Translations under genes and position numbers: made by a program
The notes under the pieces: generated by a model
The model's database searches: none
Told to the model about the DNA's origin: nothing
What the model saw: only the letters and a program-made list of their open reading frames with translations
Assembly (NCBI GenBank): GCA_034439575.1
Contig: JAWXAQ010000033.1
Span: 96,001-160,000, forward strand
DNA length: 64,000 nucleotides
Reading direction: 5' to 3'
Origin: Leptospira sp.
Lineage (GTDB): Bacteria; Spirochaetota; Leptospiria; Leptospirales; Leptospiraceae
Part shown: in pieces, positions 50,517-61,559 of the stretch
Numbering within the stretch: the first letter of the stretch is position 1
Layout of the letters: each line of letters opens with the position of its first letter

Positions 50517-51107
50517 TCAAATTCCTGATTTTGCCAATGATTTAACTTTATTGGCAAATCCTTCTCGTTTCGCTTGGGTAGAAGTTCTCACTTCGCCAAA
50601 GATAGTCGTTCTAACTTTTGAGATTCCACAAAAATTCAGAGTTCCAATTTTCAATAGTTTCAATCCAGGGGCTCCGTTCCAAATTCGATAATACCAGTTA
50701 GGTGCATCCATAGTTATTATAATGCGTGCAGATTTACCTTTTAATAATTTGAGTGGGAAGGGAGATTTTTTTTGGTATTGGAATGCGAAACCTGGTAGCC
50801 AAACTCGATCAAGCCATGCTTTGAGTAAGGCAGGCATACTCGACCACCAACTGGGAAAAATAAAAACCAAATGGTCTGATTCCCTTATTAAATTTTGACT
50901 CAAGATTAAATCTGGTTCCATAAATTGTTTTTCTTTATAAGAAACATATAAATTTGGTTCAAACTTCAAATCACTCAAAACGAGAAGGTTTACTTCAAAA
51001 CCAGATTCCTTTGCTTCTGCATAATAACATTGGGCTAGGTAGGAGCAAAGGGAAGTTTTAGAATTTGGATGACCTAAAACGATTAATATTTTTTTGGATG
51101 TTTCCAT
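50517..51107 (-). CDS. Flavodoxin-fold NAD(P)H:quinone oxidoreductase (MdaB/KefF-like)
   Basis: GHP, P.WW.SMPALLKAWLDRV, LKGK, FCG. Confidence 0.9.
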   Translation of the reverse strand: METSKKILIVLGHPNSKTSLCSYLAQCYYAEAKESGFEVNLLVLSDLKFEPNLYVSYKEKQFMEPDLILSQNLIRESDHLVFIFPSWWSSMPALLKAWLDRVWLPGFAFQYQKKSPFPLKLLKGKSARIIITMDAPNWYYRIWNGAPGLKLLKIGTLNFCGISKVRTTIFGEVRTSTQAKREGFANKVKSLAKSGI

Positions 51108-51497
51108 TTTGAACGTGCCTTATTCTAAAAATTTCATTGTTTCTGATTGAATCGATTACTTTTGATACAGAAATAAATTCCAAATTCACTAATTTGAATA
51201 TTTATTTCTAAAAGGAAACTATGATACATTAGATAATCCTAATATACATTTTTTTATACCAACGATAACCGATCGGGACAAATATGGTTCCGATCGGAAC
51301 AGTATCTACCAATAAAATCCTAATCATCATTTATTTTATCAAAATTGAATTTAAACCAGAATGATATTTTCAATATTTCATACAAATAGAATTAGAATAT
51401 GTTGTAATTGTGACAAAAACTATATACTAGTTAAAAATTTGTTGCATACTCATGGCATAATTAAATGTATCACAATGTACATAATGTAAAGATATAT

Positions 51498-53549
51498 ATG
51501 CAAATTTTATTAAGGCTAAAAATTAGAACTCGGTTATTCCTGACTGTAGGAATATTATTAATCCCAATCATCGCCTTACTTAGTTTAGTTGCCATTACAC
51601 AAAATAGAGCCATTCAATTTGGTAAAAAAGAAATTAAAGGAATTCACTACGGTCGGGTTTTATGGGATTTCCATAGACAACTAACTATGCTTAGAGAAGA
51701 TAATCAATTAAATCAATCTAAATTAAATGATTTGATGGATAGATACCCAGAACTTGTTCGACAAAAGGAAAAATTGTTCGAAGGATCAGAGCTGACTAAA
51801 ACATTGAATACTTTGAATCAATATTTAATTAATTCTACTAAGGAATGGGAAGGTAAATCAAATCTCGAAAAAAGAACGACTATAGATGAAATAATCCATT
51901 TACATCTGAAGACAATAGGTTTAACAGGCGATATATCAAATTTAATACTGGACCCTGATTTAGATTCGTATTATCTTATGGATATCACATTACTCAAGTT
52001 ACCAGCAGTTTTGGATAAGGCTTCAAAATTACAAGAAAGGATTAATTTTATCAATTCATTGAATGATTCCAGTGAAAGTGAAAAATTTGCTCTTTTGATG
52101 GAAATCAATCAACTGGATTTGGTGATGGAAGGATTATTTTCTTCACTATCTTTAGCATATAAATATAATTCAGAATTGAAAACTTCTCTTACTGAAACAG
52201 AAAAGAAAACAAGACATTCTTATGATCATTGGAAGTCCGTCTTTGAAGTAAAAGACATTAAAGAATTTTTAACGGCAAAAAAAATTTCAAAAAGTAAAAA
52301 AGAATATGAAGAATTTCTAATATATGCGAATGAAATTTATATACAATCCTCTATCCAACAAGAAAAACTAATTCAAAAACGAATTTCAAATTACCAAAAA
52401 GAACAATTGGTTTCCTTTACTTTCGTATTGCTCAGTTTGTTTCTATCATTTTCGGCTCTTATCTACTCGATACGAAGTGTAGTAAAGCCCCTAAAAGAAG
52501 CAGGGAAGAAATTTGAAAAATTAGCAGAAGGTGATATTCGAATTAAATTCGATTATCCATACAACGATGAAATTGGTATTTTATATGGTTCGATTGATCG
52601 ATTCTTATATATGTTGTTGGAAATATTAAAAAATTTGCGTTTGGCGATGGATAAGTTTTCGCATCAGAGTCATTTAGTACAAGAATATTCTGAAAATCTT
52701 TCTTTATCTTCACAAAACCAGGCAAGTAGTTCGGAAGAATCCAGCGCATCTATGGAAGAGGTGTCATCTAGTTTTGAAAAGGTAACCAGTTTGATTCACC
52801 AGGAATCTACGGACATCCAAAAGATGGTTAAGGTAACGAATAATATAACAGACTCTATTCGAGGGATTAATGATCTTGTTGAGGGACTTTATAAATTTTC
52901 TGCTGAAACACGCAATGAATCAGAAAAAAGTCGGAATTCTATTTTTTCTGTAACAGAATCGATGGAAAAAATTCATTCGATCACCCAAGAGATAACTGGT
53001 ATTACACATATCATTAGTGAAATTTCAGAACAAACAGATTTGTTAGCTCTAAATGCAGCAATTGAGGCGGCAAGAGCTGGTGAACTCGGTCGAGGATTTG
53101 CAATCGTTGCCCAAGAAATTTCCAAACTTTCTGACCGAACGAATGAATCAGTAAAAAACATTAAAAAACTTGTTGATAAAGCCGAAATGACTGTGCGTTC
53201 AGGTGTTGATATTGTATCTGATAGTGTTCAGATCATTCAAAAGATTGGCGAATCCGTAGAAAAAATGAATCATAGTTCTGAAATTGTTTTGAAAGAAATT
53301 ACTTCTCAATATGCAAATATAGAAAACATACAAAATTCCTTTCTTTCCATTGCTAATCTTTCCAAAGAGATCGAATCATCGTCTCGTGAAGAAAAACTGG
53401 CAATCAATCAGATAACGGAAGGAATTCAAATCATTTCTTTAGAGAGTGGTGTTGTTGCAGAAAAAGCAAGTGAACTCAGATCCATTTCATTTGATCTAAA
53501 ATTAGTCGCAAACCAAGGAAATGAAGCGCTTTCTAAATTAAAATTTTGA
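51498..53549 (+). CDS. Methyl-accepting chemotaxis protein
   Basis: Two TMs, HAMP (DEIG), [27 protein letters not shown]. Confidence 0.95.
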   Translation: MQILLRLKIRTRLFLTVGILLIPIIALLSLVAITQNRAIQFGKKEIKGIHYGRVLWDFHRQLTMLREDNQLNQSKLNDLMDRYPELVRQKEKLFEGSELTKTLNTLNQYLINSTKEWEGKSNLEKRTTIDEIIHLHLKTIGLTGDISNLILDPDLDSYYLMDITLLKLPAVLDKASKLQERINFINSLNDSSESEKFALLMEINQLDLVMEGLFSSLSLAYKYNSELKTSLTETEKKTRHSYDHWKSVFEVKDIKEFLTAKKISKSKKEYEEFLIYANEIYIQSSIQQEKLIQKRISNYQKEQLVSFTFVLLSLFLSFSALIYSIRSVVKPLKEAGKKFEKLAEGDIRIKFDYPYNDEIGILYGSIDRFLYMLLEILKNLRLAMDKFSHQSHLVQEYSENLSLSSQNQASSSEESSASMEEVSSSFEKVTSLIHQESTDIQKMVKVTNNITDSIRGINDLVEGLYKFSAETRNESEKSRNSIFSVTESMEKIHSITQEITGITHIISEISEQTDLLALNAAIEAARAGELGRGFAIVAQEISKLSDRTNESVKNIKKLVDKAEMTVRSGVDIVSDSVQIIQKIGESVEKMNHSSEIVLKEITSQYANIENIQNSFLSIANLSKEIESSSREEKLAINQITEGIQIISLESGVVAEKASELRSISFDLKLVANQGNEALSKLKF

Positions 53550-53680
53550 TCAAAACAATTTTAAAAGTTTAATAAACTACCCACCATTTTTGAATTTATT
53601 TTCCGATTTTTAGAATCTTCAATCTACGTTTTGATATAATTTGTCCAATTTATATTTTTTTCGCTTGAATTTTTCATAAA

Positions 53681-53718
53681 AACTAATTGCAATAGTTTTA
53701 TAACTAATTAGATTAGTT
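53681..53718. promoter_or_regulatory. Tandem palindromic TetR-type operators
   Basis: AACTAATtgcAATAGTT (53681-53697) and AACTAATtagATTAGTT (53702-53718), upstream of a hydrolase-TetR operon. Confidence 0.7.
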
Positions 53719-53736
53719 TTTGACCAAGGAGAATGT

Positions 53737-54588
53737 ATGATAAAGAAAATATTGTTGGTAATCTTGAGTTTTTTGACAATTTCAGGAGTCTTTGCGGAGG
53801 GAGGGAAAATGCCAGAAGATAAACATATTGGTTTTTTTAAATTAGGAAAGGGTAGCCGCACGGTTATTCTTGTTCCAGGAATTGGTGACCTAAAAGAAAA
53901 TTACCTCGAACTCGCAGAAGCCCTTTCGAAGGAAGCAACCGTCTATGGATTGGATCTAAGAGGGACTGGTGAATCTACTGTAGGTTATGACTCCTACGGT
54001 GCTGACCAAACTTCTGAAGACATTTTGGAATTTATTCATAGAGAAAAATTGGATCGTATTACAATCGTAGCTAATTCGATGAGTTGTGCCTCTGCTGTTC
54101 TTGTTTCGACAAAAGTTCCAGAAAAGATTGATTCAGTTATATTAACTGGACCATTTCTTAGAGACAAAGAGCTTGGGTTTGTTATGCGAACTATGTTAAG
54201 AGTATTATTTTCAGGACCTTGGGGACCGAGTGCCTTTCAATCATTTTATGAAAGTTTATACCCAGTGATCAAACCTTCAGATTTGGCACAACATAGCCAA
54301 CGAATCAAAGAAAATCTGAAAGAAGATGGCCGACTTTTCGCTGTAAGGTCCATGTTTCTTGCCAGAAAACCAAAATCGGAAGATGCGATACAAAAATTAA
54401 CTTCAAAAGTTATTATCGTTATGGGAGATAAGGATCCTGATTTTGATGATCCAGTTTCAGAAGCAAAAGAACTCGCCAATTTAACAAAAGGAGAATTTTT
54501 TATTTTTCAAAATAGTGGACATTATCCTTACAAAGACAATGTGAACGAAATGGTAATACTTATAAAAAAAATATGGGAAAAAGAATAA
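53737..54588 (+). CDS. Secreted alpha/beta hydrolase
   Basis: Signal peptide; PGIGD, DLRGTG, ANSMS nucleophile, GDKD, SGHYP. Confidence 0.85.
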   Translation: MIKKILLVILSFLTISGVFAEGGKMPEDKHIGFFKLGKGSRTVILVPGIGDLKENYLELAEALSKEATVYGLDLRGTGESTVGYDSYGADQTSEDILEFIHREKLDRITIVANSMSCASAVLVSTKVPEKIDSVILTGPFLRDKELGFVMRTMLRVLFSGPWGPSAFQSFYESLYPVIKPSDLAQHSQRIKENLKEDGRLFAVRSMFLARKPKSEDAIQKLTSKVIIVMGDKDPDFDDPVSEAKELANLTKGEFFIFQNSGHYPYKDNVNEMVILIKKIWEKE

Positions 54589-55172
54589 AACACAAACATG
54601 GTCGACCAAACAAATCATCTAGAGTCTTAACGCGGGAAATAATTCTGACTAAGGCCTGGGATTTAGCTTGCGTTAACTCTTTTGAGAACCTAAGTATCAA
54701 GAGTTTAGCGGAAAGCTTAGAAATTCGACCACCATCTTTATACAACCATATCAATGATTTATCTGAATTAAAAAATGAAATTTCAAGTATGGCTATGGAT
54801 ACCTTATCTGAAAAATTGCTTTTGGCATTGGAGTCGGCCAAAACTAGTCACAAAAAAATAAAGCTTAGTATTTTGATGCGAACTTATAGAGATTTTGCTC
54901 ATCAATACAAAAATGTCTATGGGCTGATTCTATCTGCCCCTAGAGAAAATTTAGCACATAAGATCGCGGCAGAAAAAATTCTAAATATCTGCCTACACAC
55001 TTTGGACCTAAAGGAATTGGACACAAAGGCAATTCATAAAATACGAATCCTAAGGGCCACCTTACATGGTTTTGTTAGTTTGGAATTGGTATCCGGTTTT
55101 GGTTTACCCGAATCGGTGAATGAGACCTTTGAGCGGCTGATCGAAGACCTAAGTAAATCTCTTTTGTCATAA
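54573..55172 (+). CDS. TetR family regulator (WHG-type C-terminus)
   Basis: LA..LEIRPPSLYNH HTH; LHGFVSLE..GF. Confidence 0.9.
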   Translation: MGKRIKHKHGRPNKSSRVLTREIILTKAWDLACVNSFENLSIKSLAESLEIRPPSLYNHINDLSELKNEISSMAMDTLSEKLLLALESAKTSHKKIKLSILMRTYRDFAHQYKNVYGLILSAPRENLAHKIAAEKILNICLHTLDLKELDTKAIHKIRILRATLHGFVSLELVSGFGLPESVNETFERLIEDLSKSLLS

Positions 55173-55265
55173 ATTTTATTTAGTGAATGTCGAAAAGTCC
55201 TTCTACATTTAAAACTATTCTTTTCGGATCGCTTAGTTATTTAAATTCTGTCCATTAAGGTACCT

Positions 55266-57176
55266 ATGGCGCATTTAAATATCACTCTACCGGATGGCTC
55301 AAAAAAATCTTTAGAGCAAGGGAAGTCATTTTTAGACTTTATTCATTCCGATCTTCCTTTCCTAAAGGAAAAAGCTCTCGCAGTTGTAGCGGGAGATACC
55401 GTTACAGATTTAAGTTATATACCCACGACAGATATTTCCGTAAAATTTATTACCTTTGATGACAAAGAAGGAAAAGAAGTATTTCACCATTCCTCGGCTC
55501 ACCTATTAGGTATGGCTGTTCAAAGATTATGGCCTCACGCGCGTTTAACGGTGGGGCCAGTCATTGAAAACGGACCTGGGTTTTTTTTCTATGACATTGA
55601 TTTTGGTGAAACTATTTTATCACCAGATGATCTTCCAAAAATTGAAGCTGAGATGGCAAAAATTGTGAAGGAAGACCTCCTTGTCAAAAGATGGGAATTA
55701 TCACGCGAAGAGGCCGTTGAGAAATTTAAGAAAGAAAACGAACCATATAAAGTTGAGTTGATCCAAGGATTTGAGTCCGCCACTGTTTCGTTATATGGTC
55801 AAGGCGACTGGTATGACCTTTGTCGTGGACCTCATGTTCCAAGAACTGGACTCCTAAAAGCATTCAAATTAACAGCTATATCTGGAGCTTATTGGAAAGG
55901 TGATTCGAAAAACCAAATGTTAACTCGCATTTATGGTGTATCTTTTCCCACCAAAAAGCAGTTAGATGAGTATTTGTTTTTAATCGAAGAAGCAAAAAAA
56001 AGAGACCATAGAAAACTAGGAAAAGAATTGGATTTATTTAGTTTTCAAGATGAAGCTCCAGGTTTTCCTTTTTGGCATCCAAGAGGCACTGTTCTTTGGA
56101 ATACTCTTGCATCTTACATTAGAGAAGAATGCTTCCAGCGTGGTTATTCTGAAATCAAAACACCTACAATTTTAAATTCATCTTTATGGAAGCGCTCCGG
56201 CCATTGGGACAATTTTAAAGAAAATATGTATTTTACTGAAATTGATGAGGCTGACTTTGCCGTGAAGCCTATGAATTGTCCTGGTTGTTCTTTAATTTAT
56301 AAATACCATATGCATTCGTATAGAGAACTTCCTTTGCGCTATATGGAACTAGGAACTGTCCACAGACACGAGTTATCTGGAGTGTTGCATGGTCTTTTTC
56401 GAGTGCGGGCGTTTACCCAAGACGATGCACATATTTATGCACCATTAGAAAAAGTAGAATCTGAAGTCGAAGATATCATTGATTTTACGTTTGATGTGTA
56501 TAAAAAATTTGGATTTAGCGAATTCAAAACTTTTATTGCCACACGCCCAGAAAAATCCCAAGGCAGTGATGAACATTGGGAGATCGCCACAAATGCACTT
56601 CATGATGCACTTAAGAAAAAGGGGATTGAATACGGAATCAAAGAAGGTGAAGGTGCTTTTTATGGTCCAAAGATAGAATTCAACATCAAAGATTCCCTTG
56701 GTAGATTGTGGCAATGTGGCACAGTTCAAATTGACTTTTCTATGCCTGATCGTTTCGAGCTAGAATTTACTGCCTCAGATGGGAAAAAACATGCACCAGT
56801 CATGATTCATAGAGCGATCTATGGATCACTCGAAAGATTTATTGGTATCCTCATTGAACACTTTGAAGGAAAATTTCCACTTTGGTTGAATCCGACTCAA
56901 ATCCGGATTGTAACAGTGGCAGAAACTCACAATGGGTATGCGAAAGAACTCTTCGATGACTTGAAGTCAAAAGATTTCCGAGTCGAATTGGACCTACGTA
57001 ATGAAAAAATTGGTGCCAAAATTCGAGAATCCATCTTGCGCAGAGCGAACTATACTGTAATATTGGGTGATAAGGAAAAGGAAACTGGCAATGTTTCTAT
57101 CCGCAGACTTGGTGAAGAAAAAACCGAAACTCTTTCACGTGATGGATTTCTTTCCCTACTGAAAGGTGAACTTTAA
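55266..57176 (+). CDS. thrS: Threonine--tRNA ligase
   Basis: TGS domain, [39 protein letters not shown]. Confidence 0.98.
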   Translation: MAHLNITLPDGSKKSLEQGKSFLDFIHSDLPFLKEKALAVVAGDTVTDLSYIPTTDISVKFITFDDKEGKEVFHHSSAHLLGMAVQRLWPHARLTVGPVIENGPGFFFYDIDFGETILSPDDLPKIEAEMAKIVKEDLLVKRWELSREEAVEKFKKENEPYKVELIQGFESATVSLYGQGDWYDLCRGPHVPRTGLLKAFKLTAISGAYWKGDSKNQMLTRIYGVSFPTKKQLDEYLFLIEEAKKRDHRKLGKELDLFSFQDEAPGFPFWHPRGTVLWNTLASYIREECFQRGYSEIKTPTILNSSLWKRSGHWDNFKENMYFTEIDEADFAVKPMNCPGCSLIYKYHMHSYRELPLRYMELGTVHRHELSGVLHGLFRVRAFTQDDAHIYAPLEKVESEVEDIIDFTFDVYKKFGFSEFKTFIATRPEKSQGSDEHWEIATNALHDALKKKGIEYGIKEGEGAFYGPKIEFNIKDSLGRLWQCGTVQIDFSMPDRFELEFTASDGKKHAPVMIHRAIYGSLERFIGILIEHFEGKFPLWLNPTQIRIVTVAETHNGYAKELFDDLKSKDFRVELDLRNEKIGAKIRESILRRANYTVILGDKEKETGNVSIRRLGEEKTETLSRDGFLSLLKGEL

Positions 57177-57212
57177 TTGTATCTAATATTCGAAAATTGC
57201 AAGTGAAAAGAA

Positions 57213-58136
57213 ATGGACATTCAAAATACCGATAGAGCAAAAGCCTTAGCTGCCCTTCGCGAGAAGGAAAAAAATCAAGAGAATCTCGTCAAAAAAGATG
57301 CATTGTTATGTTATCGTGTTTTAATTCGTCATCCTGAAGTCATTGAAGGAACTGTACAAGTTCTAAAAGATACTTTTATCAAGAATTTTTTGACAAGTGC
57401 CAGTGGTTTTGATCTCAAAAACGATGAACAATTTGCCCAAACGATGCATAAAATTTTATCAACTGCCGCTCGGTTTCGCATTACAGACGTTCAAGAATTT
57501 TGCAATCGGGTTTCTAGTTCTTTTAAAAAAGAATTAGCCTATAAAAAAGATCGTCGCAATCAATTTTCCTTAGATGTACTCTTTCAAACCATCGATCTTT
57601 TAAGTGCGAGTAAAGCAGAAGAACAAGGCGACCCAAACCTTGCCGCGAAAGAGGAAAGTGAATTAAGCCCGCAAGAAAGGGAGTCAATGTTACTCAATTT
57701 TAAAGCATATAATACATTAAATGCGAAAATACTTGGCCAAGCGAATCTAAAAGAAGCTCTTCTCAAAAAAGATATATTGGAAGATGAGACAGCTTTAGTA
57801 CATAAAGAACTTACGATCACTTCGATTGAATTGATGTTTCGAAATATCATTGCCCAACAACTACTTTCTAGAAAATACAAATGTGATACTCTGATTGCCG
57901 AGTGGGGGAAAGAGTATGGTTTCGAAGATGATATGAAAGAAAGAGTTCTCCAATACATCCCACTCGATACTCCCTTGTTAAAATTTCGTGCTAAATATGC
58001 ACAGGGTGTTCAATCCATCAAAAATCAGACTTTTTCCAAAGCGAATGTGTTTGATTCAGATTTGTTTTTACTTAGGTCCCTGGCCAATTATTACACATCA
58101 TGGATTATGCAGGTTTCGGAGATGATTTCAGGTTAA
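57213..58136 (+). CDS. Hypothetical protein between thrS and infC
   Basis: 307-aa ORF with no recognised motif. Confidence 0.75.
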   Translation: MDIQNTDRAKALAALREKEKNQENLVKKDALLCYRVLIRHPEVIEGTVQVLKDTFIKNFLTSASGFDLKNDEQFAQTMHKILSTAARFRITDVQEFCNRVSSSFKKELAYKKDRRNQFSLDVLFQTIDLLSASKAEEQGDPNLAAKEESELSPQERESMLLNFKAYNTLNAKILGQANLKEALLKKDILEDETALVHKELTITSIELMFRNIIAQQLLSRKYKCDTLIAEWGKEYGFEDDMKERVLQYIPLDTPLLKFRAKYAQGVQSIKNQTFSKANVFDSDLFLLRSLANYYTSWIMQVSEMISG

Positions 58137-58227
58137 TTCTGTCCCACTGATTTATCCCAAAAGAAATGTACTTGATCGCTCATCCTAGGATCTGAGCATG
58201 GGAATTTAAAGAAACTTCGGAGACTGA

Positions 58228-58788
58228 ATGCAGAAAAGGCCAAACCCAAGAGGGAACCCAAACCAGGATAAATTCGCCCATATTAGAATTAATGAACAAA
58301 TTACAAATGTGAATTCCATCAGACTTGTGTCGGATGAAGGTTCTGATATTGTAACTTTGGAAGAAGCTCTACGTAGAGCCAGAGAGGCTAATTTGGATTT
58401 GGTGGAGGTCTCTGGAGACCAAGACGTTCACGTCTGTAAGTTGATCGACTTTGGTAAATACAAATTCGAACTTCTGAAGAAGACAAAAGAAGCGAAAAAG
58501 AAACAACATATCGTCACAATCAAGGAAATCAAAATTCGTCCGCGGATTGATAACCATGATTTTGAGATAAAGAAGCGTCATGCGATCGAATTCCTTGCAA
58601 AAGGTGATAAGGTGAAAGTGACTCTTCGATTCCGAGGCAGAGAGATGGTTCACTCTGAGATAGGAATGAATATTGTAAACCGGTTTGTCGAGGACCTAAA
58701 AGAGCTAGCCTCTCCCGAAAAAATGCCGGTACACGACGGGAAAACCATAGTGGTCGTGATGAACCCAATAGTGAGCCTAAAGGCTTAA
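58228..58788 (+). CDS. infC: Translation initiation factor IF-3
   Basis: RINEQI, LDLVEVS, DFGKYKF, KEIK.RP.ID.HD, FRGRE. Confidence 0.97.
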   Translation: MQKRPNPRGNPNQDKFAHIRINEQITNVNSIRLVSDEGSDIVTLEEALRRAREANLDLVEVSGDQDVHVCKLIDFGKYKFELLKKTKEAKKKQHIVTIKEIKIRPRIDNHDFEIKKRHAIEFLAKGDKVKVTLRFRGREMVHSEIGMNIVNRFVEDLKELASPEKMPVHDGKTIVVVMNPIVSLKA

Positions 58789-58800
58789 AGGAAAACAACT

Positions 58801-59001
58801 ATGTATAAACTAAAAACAAACAGAGCAGCAGCGAAGCGCTTTAAGTTTACTAAAAATGGTAAAATTAAACGTGGGTTTGCTTTCAAACGTCACATCTTGG
58901 AAAAGAAATCTCCAAAGATGAAACACCAAAGCCGTGGAATGCAAGTCATTCATGATACCGACATCAACCGTGTAGAAAAACTTCTACCTTACGGGGGTTA
59001 A
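58801..59001 (+). CDS. rpmI: 50S ribosomal protein L35
   Basis: KLKT.RAAAKRFK.T..GK; operon position. Confidence 0.97.
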   Translation: MYKLKTNRAAAKRFKFTKNGKIKRGFAFKRHILEKKSPKMKHQSRGMQVIHDTDINRVEKLLPYGG

Positions 59002-59004
59002 GCG

Positions 59005-59358
59005 ATGCCACGTGCCGTCAATGGAACAATTCACAAAAATCGTCGTAAAAAAGTATTAGCAAAAGCAAAAGGTTTTCGTGGTGGAAGATCTAAGCTTTTC
59101 AGAACTGCAAAATCTGCAGTAATGAAAGCTGGTCAATGGGCATACCGTGACCGTCGAAAGAAAAAATCAGAGTTTCGGAAACTTTGGATCACAAGGATTA
59201 ACGCGGCTGTTCGTGAGAATGGTATGTCGTATTCTAAATTCATCCATGCACTCAAAACTCATGGTATCAATCTTGATCGAAAAACACTAGCTGATCTAGC
59301 TTACAATCACAAGGAAGTTTTTAACGCCCTTGTGGAAAAAACTAAGGTCGCAAAATAA
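59005..59358 (+). CDS. rplT: 50S ribosomal protein L20
   Basis: AKGFRG, AYRDR, FRKLWITRINAA, LDRK.LA. Confidence 0.98.
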   Translation: MPRAVNGTIHKNRRKKVLAKAKGFRGGRSKLFRTAKSAVMKAGQWAYRDRRKKKSEFRKLWITRINAAVRENGMSYSKFIHALKTHGINLDRKTLADLAYNHKEVFNALVEKTKVAK

Positions 59359-59416
59359 ATTTAATGCTTGCTTGGAATAGAATGGCTCGTCTATTCTATT
59401 CCATCGGATCACCATC

Positions 59417-60100
59417 ATGTTGAAACTGGAAACCATTGAAGAGCTTGAAAGTAAAGTAGTGAAAGCCCTGGAGTTAATCCAGGACCTAAGAACTGAAAAT
59501 AGTCGTCTAGAGACAGAAAATGAGTCTCTACGTGCGGACAATGATCAGATGAAACTTGCTATGGAGGAGAAAGAGCGTGAACTGAAAACGCTTAAGACTC
59601 AGCTTCAAGACGCAAATAGCCAACTAGCAGAGCTAAGGGCCAGAGAAGAACAACTCGAATCCAAGGTTCATAAACTGCTCGGAAAATTGGATGGCATTCC
59701 TACAAGTGGAGGATTCTCATCAAAGTCTTCTTCGCCAGATACAAAAGCACCTGTTTCCACACCTGATAATTCCGCAAGCGCTGTTGCCAAAGCTCCAGAT
59801 GAAGCACCAATCACAAAATCAGTCCCTAGTTTAGCCTCGTCTTCCGAAGACGATGATGAAATTATTTTATTAGATGAAGATGATACTGATTTTTCACCTG
59901 AAGAATCATTAGAAAAATCTCCGACTCAACCCGCTGTACCAAATGAAGAAATATCCATAGTCTCTGATGACAGTGATGTACCTACTGTTGAGTTAGATGA
60001 TGAAGATGATATCATTATAGATGATGATGATGACAGCATTAGTGTTTTTGATGCAGATGACGACGACGACTTTCTAATTATAGAAGACGATCCAAAGTAA
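59417..60100 (+). CDS. ZapB-like coiled-coil protein with long acidic low-complexity tail
   Basis: LE.LESKV..A...I..L coiled coil ending LLGKL; immediately upstream of zapA. Confidence 0.7.
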   Translation: MLKLETIEELESKVVKALELIQDLRTENSRLETENESLRADNDQMKLAMEEKERELKTLKTQLQDANSQLAELRAREEQLESKVHKLLGKLDGIPTSGGFSSKSSSPDTKAPVSTPDNSASAVAKAPDEAPITKSVPSLASSSEDDDEIILLDEDDTDFSPEESLEKSPTQPAVPNEEISIVSDDSDVPTVELDDEDDIIIDDDDDSISVFDADDDDDFLIIEDDPK

Positions 60101-60101
60101 A

Positions 60102-60419
60102 ATGGCAGACTCTGCCCCTACGCCTCAGAAAATCACCAAACAGATTTTTGGAGAGAGTTATACGATCGTAGGCGATGCATCCTCTGCTTATATCAATACA
60201 GTTTCAGACTATGTGGAAGAAAGATTGAAAGAAATTTCTGCCACTCTTCCAAATGCCACCAAGACCAAAGTAGCAGTGTTATGCGCACTCAACCTGGCAG
60301 ATGAACTTTTTCAGTTAAAAGAAAAGGGCGTAGAACTTTCCGATACGAAAGAAATAGAAGATCGAACAAAGAAAATCATTTCTCTTTTGGAGGAAGGAAT
60401 CATTGGGGATATTTATTGA
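60102..60419 (+). CDS. zapA: Cell division protein ZapA
   Basis: IFGESY, YVEERL, AVLCALNLADEL. Confidence 0.88.
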   Translation: MADSAPTPQKITKQIFGESYTIVGDASSAYINTVSDYVEERLKEISATLPNATKTKVAVLCALNLADELFQLKEKGVELSDTKEIEDRTKKIISLLEEGIIGDIY

Positions 60420-61000
60420 ATTTACTTCCCAAAAAAGAAGCAAGAGCTAGATTAAAAAACCATTTACCATTTCTAGAAAGGCGCGAAGAATTTGAAACGC
60501 GCATTCTGGGTCGTCTTTATCCCTTATTAAAAAATCATTCTACCATTATTTCTTATGTGGCTGATCCCGCTTTGGAAGTTGATGTACTTCCTCTCATTGA
60601 ATCCTGTTCCCTTCCTCGTCCTTCTCAATTTTGGGAGTTTCGCCATGTTGCTAAATGGTATTTTCCAAAAATAACGGAATCAAATGTTTTGATTTTTGTT
60701 CGTCCTATGTCTTGGCAGAAAGGAAAGTTTGGCCTTTGGGAACCAGTTGGCGAGGAAATAATTACACCGGAACAGGCAGATTTGATTTTAGTTCCCGCTT
60801 TGGGATATGCAAAAGATGGCTCTCGATTGGGTCGAGGCGGTGGGTATTATGATAAGGTTTTATCTGATGTTGGGCTAAAGAATAAAACAATCGGTTTGAC
60901 TTTTTCTAAATTTTTCCCTGTCCCTTTTTCAACTGAAGATCATGATTGTAGAGTCGGAAAAATTGTGACAGAAGATGTGATCCACTCTTTTTTGGATTGA
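60416..61000 (+). CDS. 5-formyltetrahydrofolate cyclo-ligase
   Basis: FGLWEP, DLILVPALG, RLGRGGGYYD, HD. Confidence 0.92.
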   Translation: MNLLPKKEARARLKNHLPFLERREEFETRILGRLYPLLKNHSTIISYVADPALEVDVLPLIESCSLPRPSQFWEFRHVAKWYFPKITESNVLIFVRPMSWQKGKFGLWEPVGEEIITPEQADLILVPALGYAKDGSRLGRGGGYYDKVLSDVGLKNKTIGLTFSKFFPVPFSTEDHDCRVGKIVTEDVIHSFLD

Positions 61001-61035
61001 ACAAGTGGCTTACTTTCCGAAACTTATAGGATACT

Positions 61036-61539
61036 ATGGATCAAGAACAATACACTCGAAGCCTTGCCGAAAAGACTCGATCTGAACAAGAATCGGATCT
61101 TGGCGATATTGAGCAGTTCCTCACCTTTACCATAGAGGGTGAATATTTTGGTCTGCAATTGTTACACGTTCATGAAATTTTAAAACCAGTGATGATCACT
61201 CGGATTCCAAATGTCGCAGACTATATTTTAGGTGTGATCAATTTACGTGGTGAGATTATTCCAATTGTCGATTTAAAAAAACGTTTTCATCAATTGGATT
61301 CTGAAATATTACCTATCTCTCGCATAGTTGTTGTTATGTTAAACGAAAAACGCTGTGGTATCTTAGTGGATGAAGTGAAACAAGTTGTAAAAATTCAGAA
61401 AGATTTTATAAGCGATACAGTTGATGATATGTCGCTTAACTATTCCAAGATGGTAGAATCTGTATCTCGTCATGAAGGCCATTTGATTCTAAATTTGGAT
61501 TTCACTCAAATCGTTGATTTTATTGCGGTTGCTAAGTAG
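61036..61539 (+). CDS. cheW: Chemotaxis adaptor CheW
   Basis: FLTF, TRIP, GVINLRGEIIPIVDL, GILVDEV. Confidence 0.95.
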   Translation: MDQEQYTRSLAEKTRSEQESDLGDIEQFLTFTIEGEYFGLQLLHVHEILKPVMITRIPNVADYILGVINLRGEIIPIVDLKKRFHQLDSEILPISRIVVVMLNEKRCGILVDEVKQVVKIQKDFISDTVDDMSLNYSKMVESVSRHEGHLILNLDFTQIVDFIAVAK

Positions 61540-61559
61540 AGAAGGGAAGGGTTAATCAA

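Noticed and set aside
51452-51470. TGGCAT upstream of the MCP gene as a sigma54 promoter
   Set aside because: No GC at the -12 position (GG-N10-TG).
59845-60095. GAT/GAC trinucleotide runs as a repeat array or CRISPR
   Set aside because: They encode the Asp-rich protein tail; there is no repeat-spacer structure.
60400-60430. 6S RNA between zapA and the cyclo-ligase gene
   Set aside because: The genes overlap, leaving no intergenic space.
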